A DNA stretch of 64,000 bases from NCBI GenBank assembly GCA_964534205.1, contig CAZHQF010000002.1, positions 64,488-128,487 of the forward strand. Reading direction: 5' to 3'. Position numbers and translations under genes: made by a program. The notes below the pieces were generated by a model that was not told the origin of the DNA, searched no databases, and saw only the letters and a program-made list of their open reading frames with translations. Below, piece after piece: positions 51,368 through 61,993 of this stretch; the first letter of the stretch is position 1; each line of letters opens with the position of its first letter. Origin of the DNA: an uncultured Candidatus Peribacteria bacterium (GTDB lineage Bacteria > Patescibacteriota > Gracilibacteria > Peribacterales > Peribacteraceae).

Positions 51368-52296
51368 CTCGCTCCCTCGCTGATATCCGGCGCAAAATCA
51401 AGTCCACCAAGTCCTTGAGACAGGTGACAAAAGCCATGGAACTGGTCTCCGCGTCCAAGATGCGTCGTGCCGTCCAGAATGCGCAGACGCTCCGGAGCTA
51501 CGCCCTCGCTGCGTGGGAGGTGCTCCAGAAGATGGCGATGGTGCAGGGCGGGGGACACCCGTTTCTCACGGAGCGCCCCGTCAAAAAGATTCTCGTCGTC
51601 CTCTTCTCATCCGACCGCGGACTCTGCGGCGGACTCAATGCCCAGATGTTCCGTACGGTCAACGCCTACCTGCGCGCCTCGCGCGAGCTCAAGGGGCTTG
51701 AAAAGATCGACTTCATCGCCGTCGGGCGCAAGGGCCAGCAGTTCCTCACCCGCATGGGCGAGAACGTGGTTGCCGCGTTCCCGGCATTCAGCAACCACCC
51801 GCAATTCCGCGATGTGCTGCCCATGGCCCGCATGGCCATCGACGGCTTCCGCGACGGGAACTATGACCACGTGGTGCTGCTCTACACCGATTTCGTTTCG
51901 CCGCTCCTGCAGGAGCCCACAGTCAAAGTGCTCCTACCGTTTTCGCCGTCGGAGCTCAAATCCATGATCGGCAGTCTCGATCAGCGCAAGACCACGTCTC
52001 GCGAGGATGAGGTGGCCAAAAACATCGAACTCCCCAAGAGCGAGTACCTCTTTGAGCCCGATCCCGTCGCCGTCCTCGACCGTATTTTGCCGCAGCTCAC
52101 CGAGGTGCAGATCTATCAGGGAGCCCTGGAGACGGCCGCGTCCGAGCATTCGGCACGCATGGTCGCGATGCGGAATGCCACCGATAACGCCACCGACGTG
52201 CTTGCCGATTACACGCTCACCTATAACCGCAGCCGCCAGGCGAATATCACTGCAGAATTGGCGGAGCTGAGTGCGTCCAAGGCGGCGCTCGATTAA
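51364..52296 (+). CDS. atpG: F1 ATP synthase subunit gamma (TTG start)
   Basis: LADIRRKIKSTKSLRQVTKAMELVSASKMRRA ... ITAELAELSASKAAL. Confidence 0.93.
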   Translation: MARSLADIRRKIKSTKSLRQVTKAMELVSASKMRRAVQNAQTLRSYALAAWEVLQKMAMVQGGGHPFLTERPVKKILVVLFSSDRGLCGGLNAQMFRTVNAYLRASRELKGLEKIDFIAVGRKGQQFLTRMGENVVAAFPAFSNHPQFRDVLPMARMAIDGFRDGNYDHVVLLYTDFVSPLLQEPTVKVLLPFSPSELKSMIGSLDQRKTTSREDEVAKNIELPKSEYLFEPDPVAVLDRILPQLTEVQIYQGALETAASEHSARMVAMRNATDNATDVLADYTLTYNRSRQANITAELAELSASKAALD

Positions 52297-52361
52297 CAAG
52301 GATCCATCAAAGAAAAACGGCACGGCATTTCTTCGTGGCGTTGATCATTGATTACAGGTGT

Positions 52362-52880
52362 TCAGTCCAAATCGCAGTAGGCGATGGACACATCCGAGAT
52401 CGGGTTTTGGCTTGGAGATGTGGAAACAGCGGTGCTGGTCTGAGCTCTGTAGGCTTTCAGGAGTTCCCACTCACCGCAGCCGGACTGTTCGTCGAACTCG
52501 CGCTTCTCGATCCTGAGGACGTTGCCGTCGCGGCGGAGGGCCACAAGCGTGCCGCCACCGGCGTAGTAGCTCCACCACGCGGCGATCACGTCTCTGGGGA
52601 GCAGGTCCTTCGTAAGAGAATCAAACATCACAGTGCCGTCTGTTTCGGACTCTTCGATGAGAATCCTGTCAGTCTTGCTTCCGGAGAGGACGACAGACGT
52701 GGTGTTTTTGGTCAGCCCCAGATCACCACCCACCGGGACGCTGTCAGTGATCACGGCGACGCGGAGAGCGCCCTCGCCGAGTGTCTCGAGGGTGCCGTAC
52801 GCGTCTTCATCTGGCTGAAGAGTGGGGGCAGCACAGGAAACGAGCAGCAGGCAGGTGAGGAGGAGAAGATGAGAGCGCAT
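52362..52880 (-). CDS. Lipoprotein
   Basis: ATG at 52880. Lipobox in MRSHLLLLTCLLLVSC. Confidence 0.65.
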   Translation of the reverse strand: MRSHLLLLTCLLLVSCAAPTLQPDEDAYGTLETLGEGALRVAVITDSVPVGGDLGLTKNTTSVVLSGSKTDRILIEESETDGTVMFDSLTKDLLPRDVIAAWWSYYAGGGTLVALRRDGNVLRIEKREFDEQSGCGEWELLKAYRAQTSTAVSTSPSQNPISDVSIAYCDLD

Positions 52881-52954
52881 ACATGGAGTGTGTCGCATTT
52901 TCTCTATCATGACAATTGAAGAAGCCAAAGTGCCAGCGATGAGGTTTCAAGAAA

Positions 52955-53030
52955 GATCCAGAATCCAGTTTTCAGTAGGCAAGTATATTCTTGCTAGCTG
53001 ATGTTTGGATTCTGAATCCTCTTTGGACTT
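52955..53030. repeat. Divergent GAATCC-word compound hairpin (copy E) downstream of the P-type ATPase
   Basis: gatccagaatccag ... ggcaagtatattcttgc ... tttggattctgaatcctctttgg. Confidence 0.65.
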
Positions 53031-53061
53031 TGGCTTTTGGCACTCTGGTTTTTCTCGAAGG

Positions 53062-55722
53062 TTATTCTTTCATCCTCCGCGTGAACCACTTGCCGAATTC
53101 GAGCACGGGCACGATGGTCAGGGCGGCGGGGATGATAATCATCCAGTCCATGGATGTGAGGCTGAAGGTACCGAACGCCGTGTGGAACGGCGGCCAGTAG
53201 ACGATCACGAAGAGCAACGCGAGTTCCCACAGGATCGCCATATTGAGCCACTTGTTGCGGAAGAAGCCATAGAAGATGGTGTGCGTATCGCTGCGGAAAC
53301 TGTACGCCTTGAAGAACTCGATCAGGACCAGGCTCACGAAGATCATCGTCATCGCCTCCTCGTGCGCGCGGCCGGAGTTATCGGCGTAGTTATAGAGCCA
53401 GAGGTTCACAAGCGTTGACCAGATACCGCCAAGGAGCAGGAGTGTCACTACGGGCTTGGTGAAGATCCCTTTGCGCGGGTCGCGCGGCGGGTGCTTCATC
53501 AGGTCCTTGGCCGGCGGATCGAGCGCAAGCGCGAGTGCGGGCAATCCATCGGTCGCCAGGTTGATATAGAGGATCTGCACGGCCGAGAGCGGCAGCGGCC
53601 AGCCGAGGATCGTGGCACCGGTCATGATGCCGATCTCACCGATGTTGGCGGAGAGCAGGTACATGAGGTACTTCTTGATATTGCCGAAGATCGCGCGGCC
53701 TTCTTCCACCGCTGCGACGATGGACGCGAAGTTGTCATCGGTGAGGGTCATCGCAGCGGCCTCTTTGGAAACGTCCGTTCCGGTGATGCCCATCGCCACT
53801 CCGATGTCCGCCTTCTTGAGTGCGGGTGCGTCATTCACGCCGTCACCGGTCATGGCAGCCACGTGTCCCTCCTCTTGCAGTGCAGTGACCACGCGCAGTT
53901 TGTGAGCCGGGGAGACGCGCGCAAATACACCGATCTCATCGATCTGCTCCTTGAGCTCCTTGTCGCTCATCTTCTCCAGTTCCGCTCCGATCACCACCCC
54001 GTCCTTCTTCTGGAGGATCCCCAGTTCTCTGGCGATCGCCTCCGCGGTCACCGGGTGATCGCCCGTGATCATGATCACACGGATGCCCGCCTGGTGGCAG
54101 GTGGCAATCGCCGCTTTGGCCTCCGGACGCGGGGGATCGATCATGCCGAAGAGTCCGAGGAACTTCATGCCCTTGTGCGCATTCTCGATATCATCCGTTC
54201 CCTTGCGCGCAACCGCGAGCACGCGCATACCCTGCTCGGCCATCGCTTTGGCATCGTCCAGAATGCGCCTGCGCCCCTTCTCGTCCAAATCCTTCTCGCC
54301 TTCATGGCCCCATTCACGGGTGCAGAACGGCAGCAGGATCTCGGGAGCGCCTTTGGTGTAGCTCATGTGTCCTTCCTCCAGTTCATGGAGGGTCGTCATG
54401 CGCTTGGTTTCCGAGGTGAAGGGAATTTCATTCTTGCGCGGATGTTTTTTATCAAGGTCCGGCTTGGGAAGACCTGCTTTCGCGGCTGCGACGACAATTG
54501 CGCCTTCGGTCGGGTCACCGATGATGTCCCAGCCTTCGGCACCGTTATGCAGACGCGCATCGGAGGAGAGTGTTCCTGCCGTCAGCGTTTCCATCAGGGC
54601 AGGGGAGAGCTCCGCCTTCGTTCCGTCGACGGTAAATTCTCCCTCCGGTGCGTAGCCCGCTCCCGAGACTTCGTACGTGACGCCTGCTGTGCGCACGGCG
54701 CGGACGGTCATTTCGTCTTTCGTGAGGGTTCCGGTTTTGTCGGTACAGATGACGGTGGTACTGCCCAGCGTTTCCACGGCGGGCAGACGGCGGATGAGCG
54801 CGTGGCGTTTGACCATGCGTTGCACGCCGATGGCGAGCGAGACGGTCACCACTGCAGGCAGAGCCTCCGGCACCACGGCCACCGCAAGCGCGATACCGAA
54901 GAGCAGGATGTCGATGAAGCTCTCGCCGCGCATCCACCCGAGCCCGCTGATGATGACGACGATCACGAGTGCGGCTTTGGCCAGCGTGTGGCCCACTTTT
55001 TCCAGGTTCTTCTGCAGCGGCGTCTCCTCCTGTTCCACCGTATCCAGCATGGTTGCGATCTTGCCGAACTCCGTCTGCATGCCCGTGCCCGTCACCGCCA
55101 CTTTGCCGCGTCCGTAGGTGATGGCCGTACCCGCGAACACCATGCAGCGCTGATCACCGGGGTTCAGCTTGTCGCCCTCCACGGCTTCCGTCTGTTTCTC
55201 CGAAGGAAGACTCTCTCCGGTGAGAGCAGCCTCCTCGGCTTTCATGGTCATACTCTCAATCACGCGTCCGTCCGCAGGTACGCGGTCACCGGCAGAGAGG
55301 AGCACGATATCCCCGGGCACCACGTCACTCGCCGGGATTTCGGTCGGCAGACCGTTGCGTAGCACCTTGGCTGCAGGAGCCGCCATCTTCTTCAGTGCTT
55401 CCATGGCCTTCTCCGCGCGGAACTCCTGTACGAACCCGAGTCCCACGGCAAAGAGCACAATGATGCCGATGGTGACGGCTTCCACCGTGTGCCCCAGGAA
55501 CGCCGAAAGCGCCACCGCGAGGAGCAGGATGATCACAAGTACGTTCTTAAACTGCCCAAGCAAGAGTTCCCACGCGGAAACCCCTCCCTTCTTTTTCAGT
55601 TCGTTCTTGCCGTACTCCAAAAGTCTCCTCTGCGATTCCTGTTCATCAATGCCGTCCCCGGCATTGGTCTTGAGGAGGGAGAGCGTTTCCTCGATCGACT
55701 GGGAGTAGAAGGGGGTGTGCAT
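53062..55722 (-). CDS. P-type cation-transporting ATPase (P2/Ca2+-ATPase-like)
   Basis: ICTDKTGTLT, MITGDHPVTA, TGDGVNDAPALKKADIGVAMG, PEALPAVVTVSLA. Confidence 0.93.
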   Translation of the reverse strand: MHTPFYSQSIEETLSLLKTNAGDGIDEQESQRRLLEYGKNELKKKGGVSAWELLLGQFKNVLVIILLLAVALSAFLGHTVEAVTIGIIVLFAVGLGFVQEFRAEKAMEALKKMAAPAAKVLRNGLPTEIPASDVVPGDIVLLSAGDRVPADGRVIESMTMKAEEAALTGESLPSEKQTEAVEGDKLNPGDQRCMVFAGTAITYGRGKVAVTGTGMQTEFGKIATMLDTVEQEETPLQKNLEKVGHTLAKAALVIVVIISGLGWMRGESFIDILLFGIALAVAVVPEALPAVVTVSLAIGVQRMVKRHALIRRLPAVETLGSTTVICTDKTGTLTKDEMTVRAVRTAGVTYEVSGAGYAPEGEFTVDGTKAELSPALMETLTAGTLSSDARLHNGAEGWDIIGDPTEGAIVVAAAKAGLPKPDLDKKHPRKNEIPFTSETKRMTTLHELEEGHMSYTKGAPEILLPFCTREWGHEGEKDLDEKGRRRILDDAKAMAEQGMRVLAVARKGTDDIENAHKGMKFLGLFGMIDPPRPEAKAAIATCHQAGIRVIMITGDHPVTAEAIARELGILQKKDGVVIGAELEKMSDKELKEQIDEIGVFARVSPAHKLRVVTALQEEGHVAAMTGDGVNDAPALKKADIGVAMGITGTDVSKEAAAMTLTDDNFASIVAAVEEGRAIFGNIKKYLMYLLSANIGEIGIMTGATILGWPLPLSAVQILYINLATDGLPALALALDPPAKDLMKHPPRDPRKGIFTKPVVTLLLLGGIWSTLVNLWLYNYADNSGRAHEEAMTMIFVSLVLIEFFKAYSFRSDTHTIFYGFFRNKWLNMAILWELALLFVIVYWPPFHTAFGTFSLTSMDWMIIIPAALTIVPVLEFGKWFTRRMKE

Positions 55723-55750
55723 GTTACAATTCTGCCTGAAGTTGTCGTCA

Positions 55751-55783
55751 ACAAAAAATCCCGGAGACATTGTCTCCGGGATT
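55751..55783 (-). terminator. Perfect hairpin plus T6 on the minus strand, between a small ORF and the ATPase start
   Basis: Minus strand reads aatcccggagaca a tgtctccgggatt, then TTTTTG. Confidence 0.7.
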
Positions 55784-55802
55784 CGACCGCTCCGAGGAGC
55801 TG

Positions 55803-55949
55803 TCAGAAGCGCCAGGTCGGTTCACCGAACCGGCCGGCGAGGCCGTACAGGATGCCCATTGCGGTGACGATCAGGACCCCAAGGGCCCAGTCGGACCAAC
55901 TTTGTGGGGTCGCTTCACCTTCGCGGTTTTCCAAGACCTCTTGGTCCAT
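55803..55949 (-). CDS. Small single-TM protein (48 aa) upstream of the P-type ATPase
   Basis: SD aAAGGAGcctgccATG. MDQEVLENREGEATPQSWSDWALGVLIVTAMGILYGLAGRFGEPTWRF. Below the ORF-track cutoff. Confidence 0.6.
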   Translation of the reverse strand: MDQEVLENREGEATPQSWSDWALGVLIVTAMGILYGLAGRFGEPTWRF

Positions 55950-56130
55950 GGCAGGCTCCTTTCAAGGAACGGAGAGTGTCACCCAGAACGCCGGAAATCG
56001 GACATTCCTGAAGGTGACTCTTCATTATAACATGCTCTCCCAAATTATTCCATGGTTGTCAATTTTTCTGATTCTCTGAATAGGATCAGAATTTCTTTGA
56101 GAATCAGGAAACCAGTAGTAGCATCCCGGT

Positions 56131-56538
56131 ATGTCAGAAGTGCTCCGCCATGAGGCTCCGGAAGCTCCCAAGCGCTGGACAGATATCCTCGTACGGATCG
56201 GCAAAACAGCAGCAGATATTGCGAACGCAGTGAAAGTCGCTCTCTTACCCGATCCTGCCGCGGCGGCGCTTCTCTCCGACAAAGATTTTGTCGAGGGCTT
56301 TACCAAGAGATATCAGGAAATGCTGCAAGAAGGACGTGAGTTTGCGGAGACTGACCCGGATTCCGGACTAGGTGACGTTTTTTATGTGAACGGATGCATC
56401 TTCCCCCACGAGTGTTTTTCCTTGGCATACGATGAGTATCGGCAAGAGTATCCGGAAATGATGCGGCTCACGGAAAAGGGGCAGCGTGATCTGCGGATAG
56501 GGCTGATGGAAGCCAGCGGAACAGTCTCCATGTACTGA
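56131..56538 (+). CDS. Hypothetical protein
   Basis: 135-aa coherent ORF. No family recognised. Confidence 0.55.
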   Translation: MSEVLRHEAPEAPKRWTDILVRIGKTAADIANAVKVALLPDPAAAALLSDKDFVEGFTKRYQEMLQEGREFAETDPDSGLGDVFYVNGCIFPHECFSLAYDEYRQEYPEMMRLTEKGQRDLRIGLMEASGTVSMY

Positions 56539-56541
56539 TCC

Positions 56542-57774
56542 TCACTCCGTCTGGCAGCTGCTGTCGCAGCCGTCACCGCTACTGGAGTTGCTGTCATCAC
56601 ACTCTTCACCGGTCTGCGTGACGCCGTTGCCGCACGTTGCGATGACGTTCACCGAGAATCCCGCGCCCGTGTTGTCCCAGCTCTGGCCGCGGTTTTCGAA
56701 GCTCGAGCCGTCGTAGCCATCCACAGGGATACTCGTCATACCGAGGCTCGAGGCGTTGAAGTGCACGGTGATGTTGCTGAATCCCGCCAAGCAGCCGACG
56801 TAGTACGATCCCAGGTAGTTGCGGCTGGAAACAGAGCAGCCACCATTTTCAAAAGTGATGCCGGTGACATCCGGGTGCTGCGGGTTAATGTATGGTGCGG
56901 AGGAGGTGGAGCCGCGGTTTTCCACGCTGGCCGTCAGGTTGCAGGTGATGTTGGCCTCGCAGGTGAAGCCGCCGCCCACGCTCGTGTAGCTGTAGTCCCA
57001 GGTAATCAGGCAACCCGGTGTGCACGAATCTCCCCAGTCCAGGTTTCCGTCATCGCACTCCTCCCCGTTGTCTACAACATCATTACCGCATTGGTTATTG
57101 GATGAGCTCGAGTCGGAAGACGAGGAGGAATCAGAGGAACTGGAGTCGGACGAGGATGAGGAAGAGTCAGACGAGGATGAACTGGAATCGGAAGAAGAGG
57201 AATCAGAAGAGCTCGATCCCGCTGCGGATGACGATTCCGAGGAGCTCGAGTCGGTAGAAGAGGATTCGGAAGAGCTGGAGCCGCCCGATGAAGACGAGCT
57301 TTCGCCGCCTTCCGTTTCCGTCGAGGCGGTGCAGCGCATTCCGCTTGCCGTATCGATGTAATCCGAGCAGATGCGCGGGCGCTGGGCCGTGTCTTTGTAG
57401 AGACGGTACCCGAGCACGACGCTGCCCGTCTCACGCACATCAATCGGCAGTTCAGTGAGATAATCCGGCACGAGCACATCCAGGCTCAGGCAGGACGGGT
57501 CCGTGATTCCCTGTTGGCAAATGGGTGTGGCTTGGGGTTCGGCAAACGGAATACCGGTGACGGGATCCCTGCCTTCGCGGATGAGGTACTCCATCATCGC
57601 CTTTTCCATCTCACGCACGTGCGTTCTGCGTCTGGCGTTCTCGGCGTCCTCCAGCTGCTTTCCCGGGTTGATGGCTACAAGCACGATGGAGGACAGCACG
57701 CCGATCATGCCGATGGCAACGAGCAGCTCGATCAGCGTGAATCCGCGCCGGCTCTGGAGAAAGCCTGTACGCAT
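56542..57774 (-). CDS. Type IV pilin-like protein: prepilin N-terminus + poly-Ser/Asp stalk + two CDDGN Cys-rich modules flanking a ~150-aa domain
   Basis: MRTGFLQSRRG|FTLIELLVAIGMIGVLSSIVLVAI (G-1, F+1, E+5). CGNDVVDNGEECDDGN and CGNGVTQTGEECDDSN. Confidence 0.85.
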   Translation of the reverse strand: MRTGFLQSRRGFTLIELLVAIGMIGVLSSIVLVAINPGKQLEDAENARRRTHVREMEKAMMEYLIREGRDPVTGIPFAEPQATPICQQGITDPSCLSLDVLVPDYLTELPIDVRETGSVVLGYRLYKDTAQRPRICSDYIDTASGMRCTASTETEGGESSSSSGGSSSSESSSTDSSSSESSSAAGSSSSDSSSSDSSSSSSDSSSSSSDSSSSDSSSSSDSSSSNNQCGNDVVDNGEECDDGNLDWGDSCTPGCLITWDYSYTSVGGGFTCEANITCNLTASVENRGSTSSAPYINPQHPDVTGITFENGGCSVSSRNYLGSYYVGCLAGFSNITVHFNASSLGMTSIPVDGYDGSSFENRGQSWDNTGAGFSVNVIATCGNGVTQTGEECDDSNSSSGDGCDSSCQTE

Positions 57775-58364
57775 CAGAAGGTCTGGAGGAAGAGGATCCA
57801 CCCGACAGTCGAGAACAGCAGCAGCACGTGTGCACCCCGCGGCCACTCGCGGACCAGCTTGCGGTTACGCATCTGGATAACCGTCACGATGCAGGCAGTC
57901 CCGAGCAGGAACAGCGTGGTTGCGGCGGTCAGCGGCGAATCGATGTTCAGAAGAGAGGCGACACCGATCCCGAACATCATGCCGAGACTCAACGAAATGC
58001 CGTAGATGCGCGTCTTGAGGGAAATCAGTTCCGCTGCGACGGCGACGGCGATAACGAGCAGTGCCGGGCCGAGGAGCCGGATACCCTCATACGGGGTGAT
58101 CAGCGGCAATTCAGTCGCAAGGAGAGACGCACATGCAGCCAAAAATGCCACCACCTGTACCAGCACGTGGTTCGGGGAGGGCAGGTGCGGGTGGGTGAAT
58201 TCCACCCTGTCGAGGCGGACATCATCCAGAAAGGACCAGCGCACCGCCCGGACCCAGACGAGCGCGGCAATGGAGAGGAGCAGGATTCCCGTGCTCATCG
58301 TAAACATCTGGAGACTCGTGGAACTGGAGAGATAGTCCGACCAGCGGAGGAGAGTGGGCGACAT
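57774..58364 (-). CDS. Polytopic membrane protein of unknown function, translationally coupled to the pilin-like gene
   Basis: About five hydrophobic helices. Its TGA shares the A with the pilin ATG (TGATG at 57772-57776). Confidence 0.65.
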   Translation of the reverse strand: MSPTLLRWSDYLSSSTSLQMFTMSTGILLLSIAALVWVRAVRWSFLDDVRLDRVEFTHPHLPSPNHVLVQVVAFLAACASLLATELPLITPYEGIRLLGPALLVIAVAVAAELISLKTRIYGISLSLGMMFGIGVASLLNIDSPLTAATTLFLLGTACIVTVIQMRNRKLVREWPRGAHVLLLFSTVGWILFLQTF

Positions 58365-58392
58365 TGGGTATTGGTGTCAGAAGTTCTGTATT

Positions 58393-58401
58393 ATTCTACC
58401 A
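58393..58401 (-). promoter_or_regulatory. Extended -10 promoter element for the membrane protein-pilin operon
   Basis: Minus strand reads TGGTAGAAT, 29 nt upstream of the ATG, in an AT-rich region. Confidence 0.45.
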
Positions 58402-58477
58402 CAAGCCAAAATGGTTGAGTATTCACAAAAATATGAATATATATTATAAATATACTTCTAATCTCTCTTTGCAGTGA

Positions 58478-58693
58478 TTACATGTTGGAGTAGAACTGCT
58501 TTTTGCGGTTCTGCTGGCGGTATTCCTCGCGCTTCAGGGCGCGCTTGCGGCGCAGGCGTGCCGTGGGCTTACGCTTGTGGATGGCGCGCTCGCGGAGCAT
58601 CTTCAGAATACCGGTCTTCTGGACCTGCTTCTTAAAGCGCTGCTGGAGCCTGTCGGAGGACTCGTCGCCGTGTTTGATCGCGTAGATAGCCAT
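58478..58693 (-). CDS. rpsU: 30S ribosomal protein S21
   Basis: 71 aa, very basic. SDRLQQRFKKQVQKTGILKMLRERAIHKRKPTARLRRKRALKRE. Confidence 0.88.
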   Translation of the reverse strand: MAIYAIKHGDESSDRLQQRFKKQVQKTGILKMLRERAIHKRKPTARLRRKRALKREEYRQQNRKKQFYSNM

Positions 58694-58725
58694 AAAGCTG
58701 GGAGATGGTAGGGAAAGGACGGTGC

Positions 58726-59379
58726 TTACGCAAGGGCATTCTGCGCCCAGTCATTGAGGGCCGAGGTGATACCCCGGCGTTCCGGCAGATCTTTGCTTTC
58801 CGCATGTTCAACCCTCAGAACCTCCTTTTTCGTGCGCTGAAAGAGGCCCCATTCATTGAGGAAAAATCCCTGATCGTTCAGGACATCGTGAATGATCCAT
58901 CGGAAGTAGTCTCTGGATTCCTTCTCGCCATGAGGCAAGGCATGGAATGCCATGCAGAGATCAAAGCGCTCCGACAGAGGGGAAAGTGGGCTGCCACCGA
59001 TTGCACGGAAGTTCGGTACCACACGGTTTTTCAGCTGCACCGTGTCCTCATCATCCACCTCCAACAGGTACTCGATCTGTAACGATCTGATGAGTGACCG
59101 GTATTCCCTGGTGGGCAGATCCGTGCCCGTGATCTGCCGTGCGGGCCACTGCTGGAATGATGATTGGATGGCATCATCATTGTTCTGCAGCACGGTGAAC
59201 CGGACTGCACGATGTGCGATGGCGAGAACCGATTCATTCAGGCCGGTATCCGGGCCGATGGAGAGCACGGACTCAATCTGTGGATTGCGCTGAAGGATTT
59301 CCGCGACAGTATGGCCGTCCCCGTTCTTCCGGAGCTCTGCATTCAACCGATGGATCAGCACAGGACCAGGTGAGTGCAT
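58726..59379 (-). CDS. Hypothetical protein (weak SAM-methyltransferase motif-I-like VLSIGPDTG)
   Basis: ATG at 59379 lies 9 nt after a TACAAT. A TTG at 59397 is the alternative start. Confidence 0.5.
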   Translation of the reverse strand: MHSPGPVLIHRLNAELRKNGDGHTVAEILQRNPQIESVLSIGPDTGLNESVLAIAHRAVRFTVLQNNDDAIQSSFQQWPARQITGTDLPTREYRSLIRSLQIEYLLEVDDEDTVQLKNRVVPNFRAIGGSPLSPLSERFDLCMAFHALPHGEKESRDYFRWIIHDVLNDQGFFLNEWGLFQRTKKEVLRVEHAESKDLPERRGITSALNDWAQNALA

Positions 59380-59387
59380 AGGCGTGA

Positions 59388-61515
<2,128 letters not shown>

Positions 61516-61517
<2 letters not shown>

Positions 61518-61590
61518 AAAAGGAATCCGAAGAATCCAAGGAATCCGATGAACATGCTCTTTGGATTCTTCGGGTTCCCTGGATTCCTTC
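61516..61590. repeat. GAATCC-word compound hairpin, copy D, after gyrB
   Basis: gaaaaaggaatccgaagaatccaaggaatccgatgaac atgctc tttggattcttcgggttccctggattccttc. Confidence 0.8.
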
Positions 61591-61627
61591 GTTCGAGGTT
61601 AAACGACTCCAACTCCTGGTCCGCCAA

Positions 61628-61636
61628 TGCTATAGT
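61628..61636 (+). promoter_or_regulatory. Extended -10 element TGCTATAGT, 6 nt before the ATG
   Basis: caaTGCTATAGTggaaccATG. Confidence 0.5.
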
Positions 61637-61642
61637 GGAACC

Positions 61643-61963
61643 ATGATCCTCTCCACCACGAGCACCCTCGACGGCAAAAAGGTCTCCGAGTATCTCGGAG
61701 TCGTCGCGGGCGAAACGATCATCGGTGCCAACGTCTTCCGGGATTTTGCCGCATCGCTGCGTGATTTCTTCGGAGGTCGCTCCGCCTCCTATGAAAAAGT
61801 GTTTTCCGATGCCCGCAAGACCGCACTGGATGAAATGACTGTCCGTGCCCAGGACATGGGTGCCGATGCCGTGATCGGTATTGATATCGATTATGAAGTG
61901 CTGGGGCAGAGGAATGGAATGTTGATGGTCTCTGCCTCCGGTACTGCGGTAAAGCTCGGTTGA
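61643..61963 (+). CDS. YbjQ/UPF0145-family protein
   Basis: GKKVSEYLGVVAGETIIGANVFRDFAASLRDFFGGRSASYEKVF...GADAVIGIDIDYEVLG...MLMVSASGTAVKL. Confidence 0.88.
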   Translation: MILSTTSTLDGKKVSEYLGVVAGETIIGANVFRDFAASLRDFFGGRSASYEKVFSDARKTALDEMTVRAQDMGADAVIGIDIDYEVLGQRNGMLMVSASGTAVKLG

Positions 61964-61975
61964 GGCATTGAGACC

Positions 61976-61984
61976 TGCTATAGT
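61976..61984 (+). promoter_or_regulatory. Extended -10 element TGCTATAGT, 9 nt before the ATG
   Basis: accTGCTATAGTggtgcggatATG. The 11-mer tgctatagtgg is identical to the one at 61628. Confidence 0.5.
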
Positions 61985-61993
61985 GGTGCGGAT

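Noticed and set aside
57774-58364. Prepilin peptidase identity for the membrane protein coupled to the pilin gene
   Set aside because: It lacks the two conserved Asp motifs (including GxGDxK-like) of A24 peptidases. It is left as unknown.
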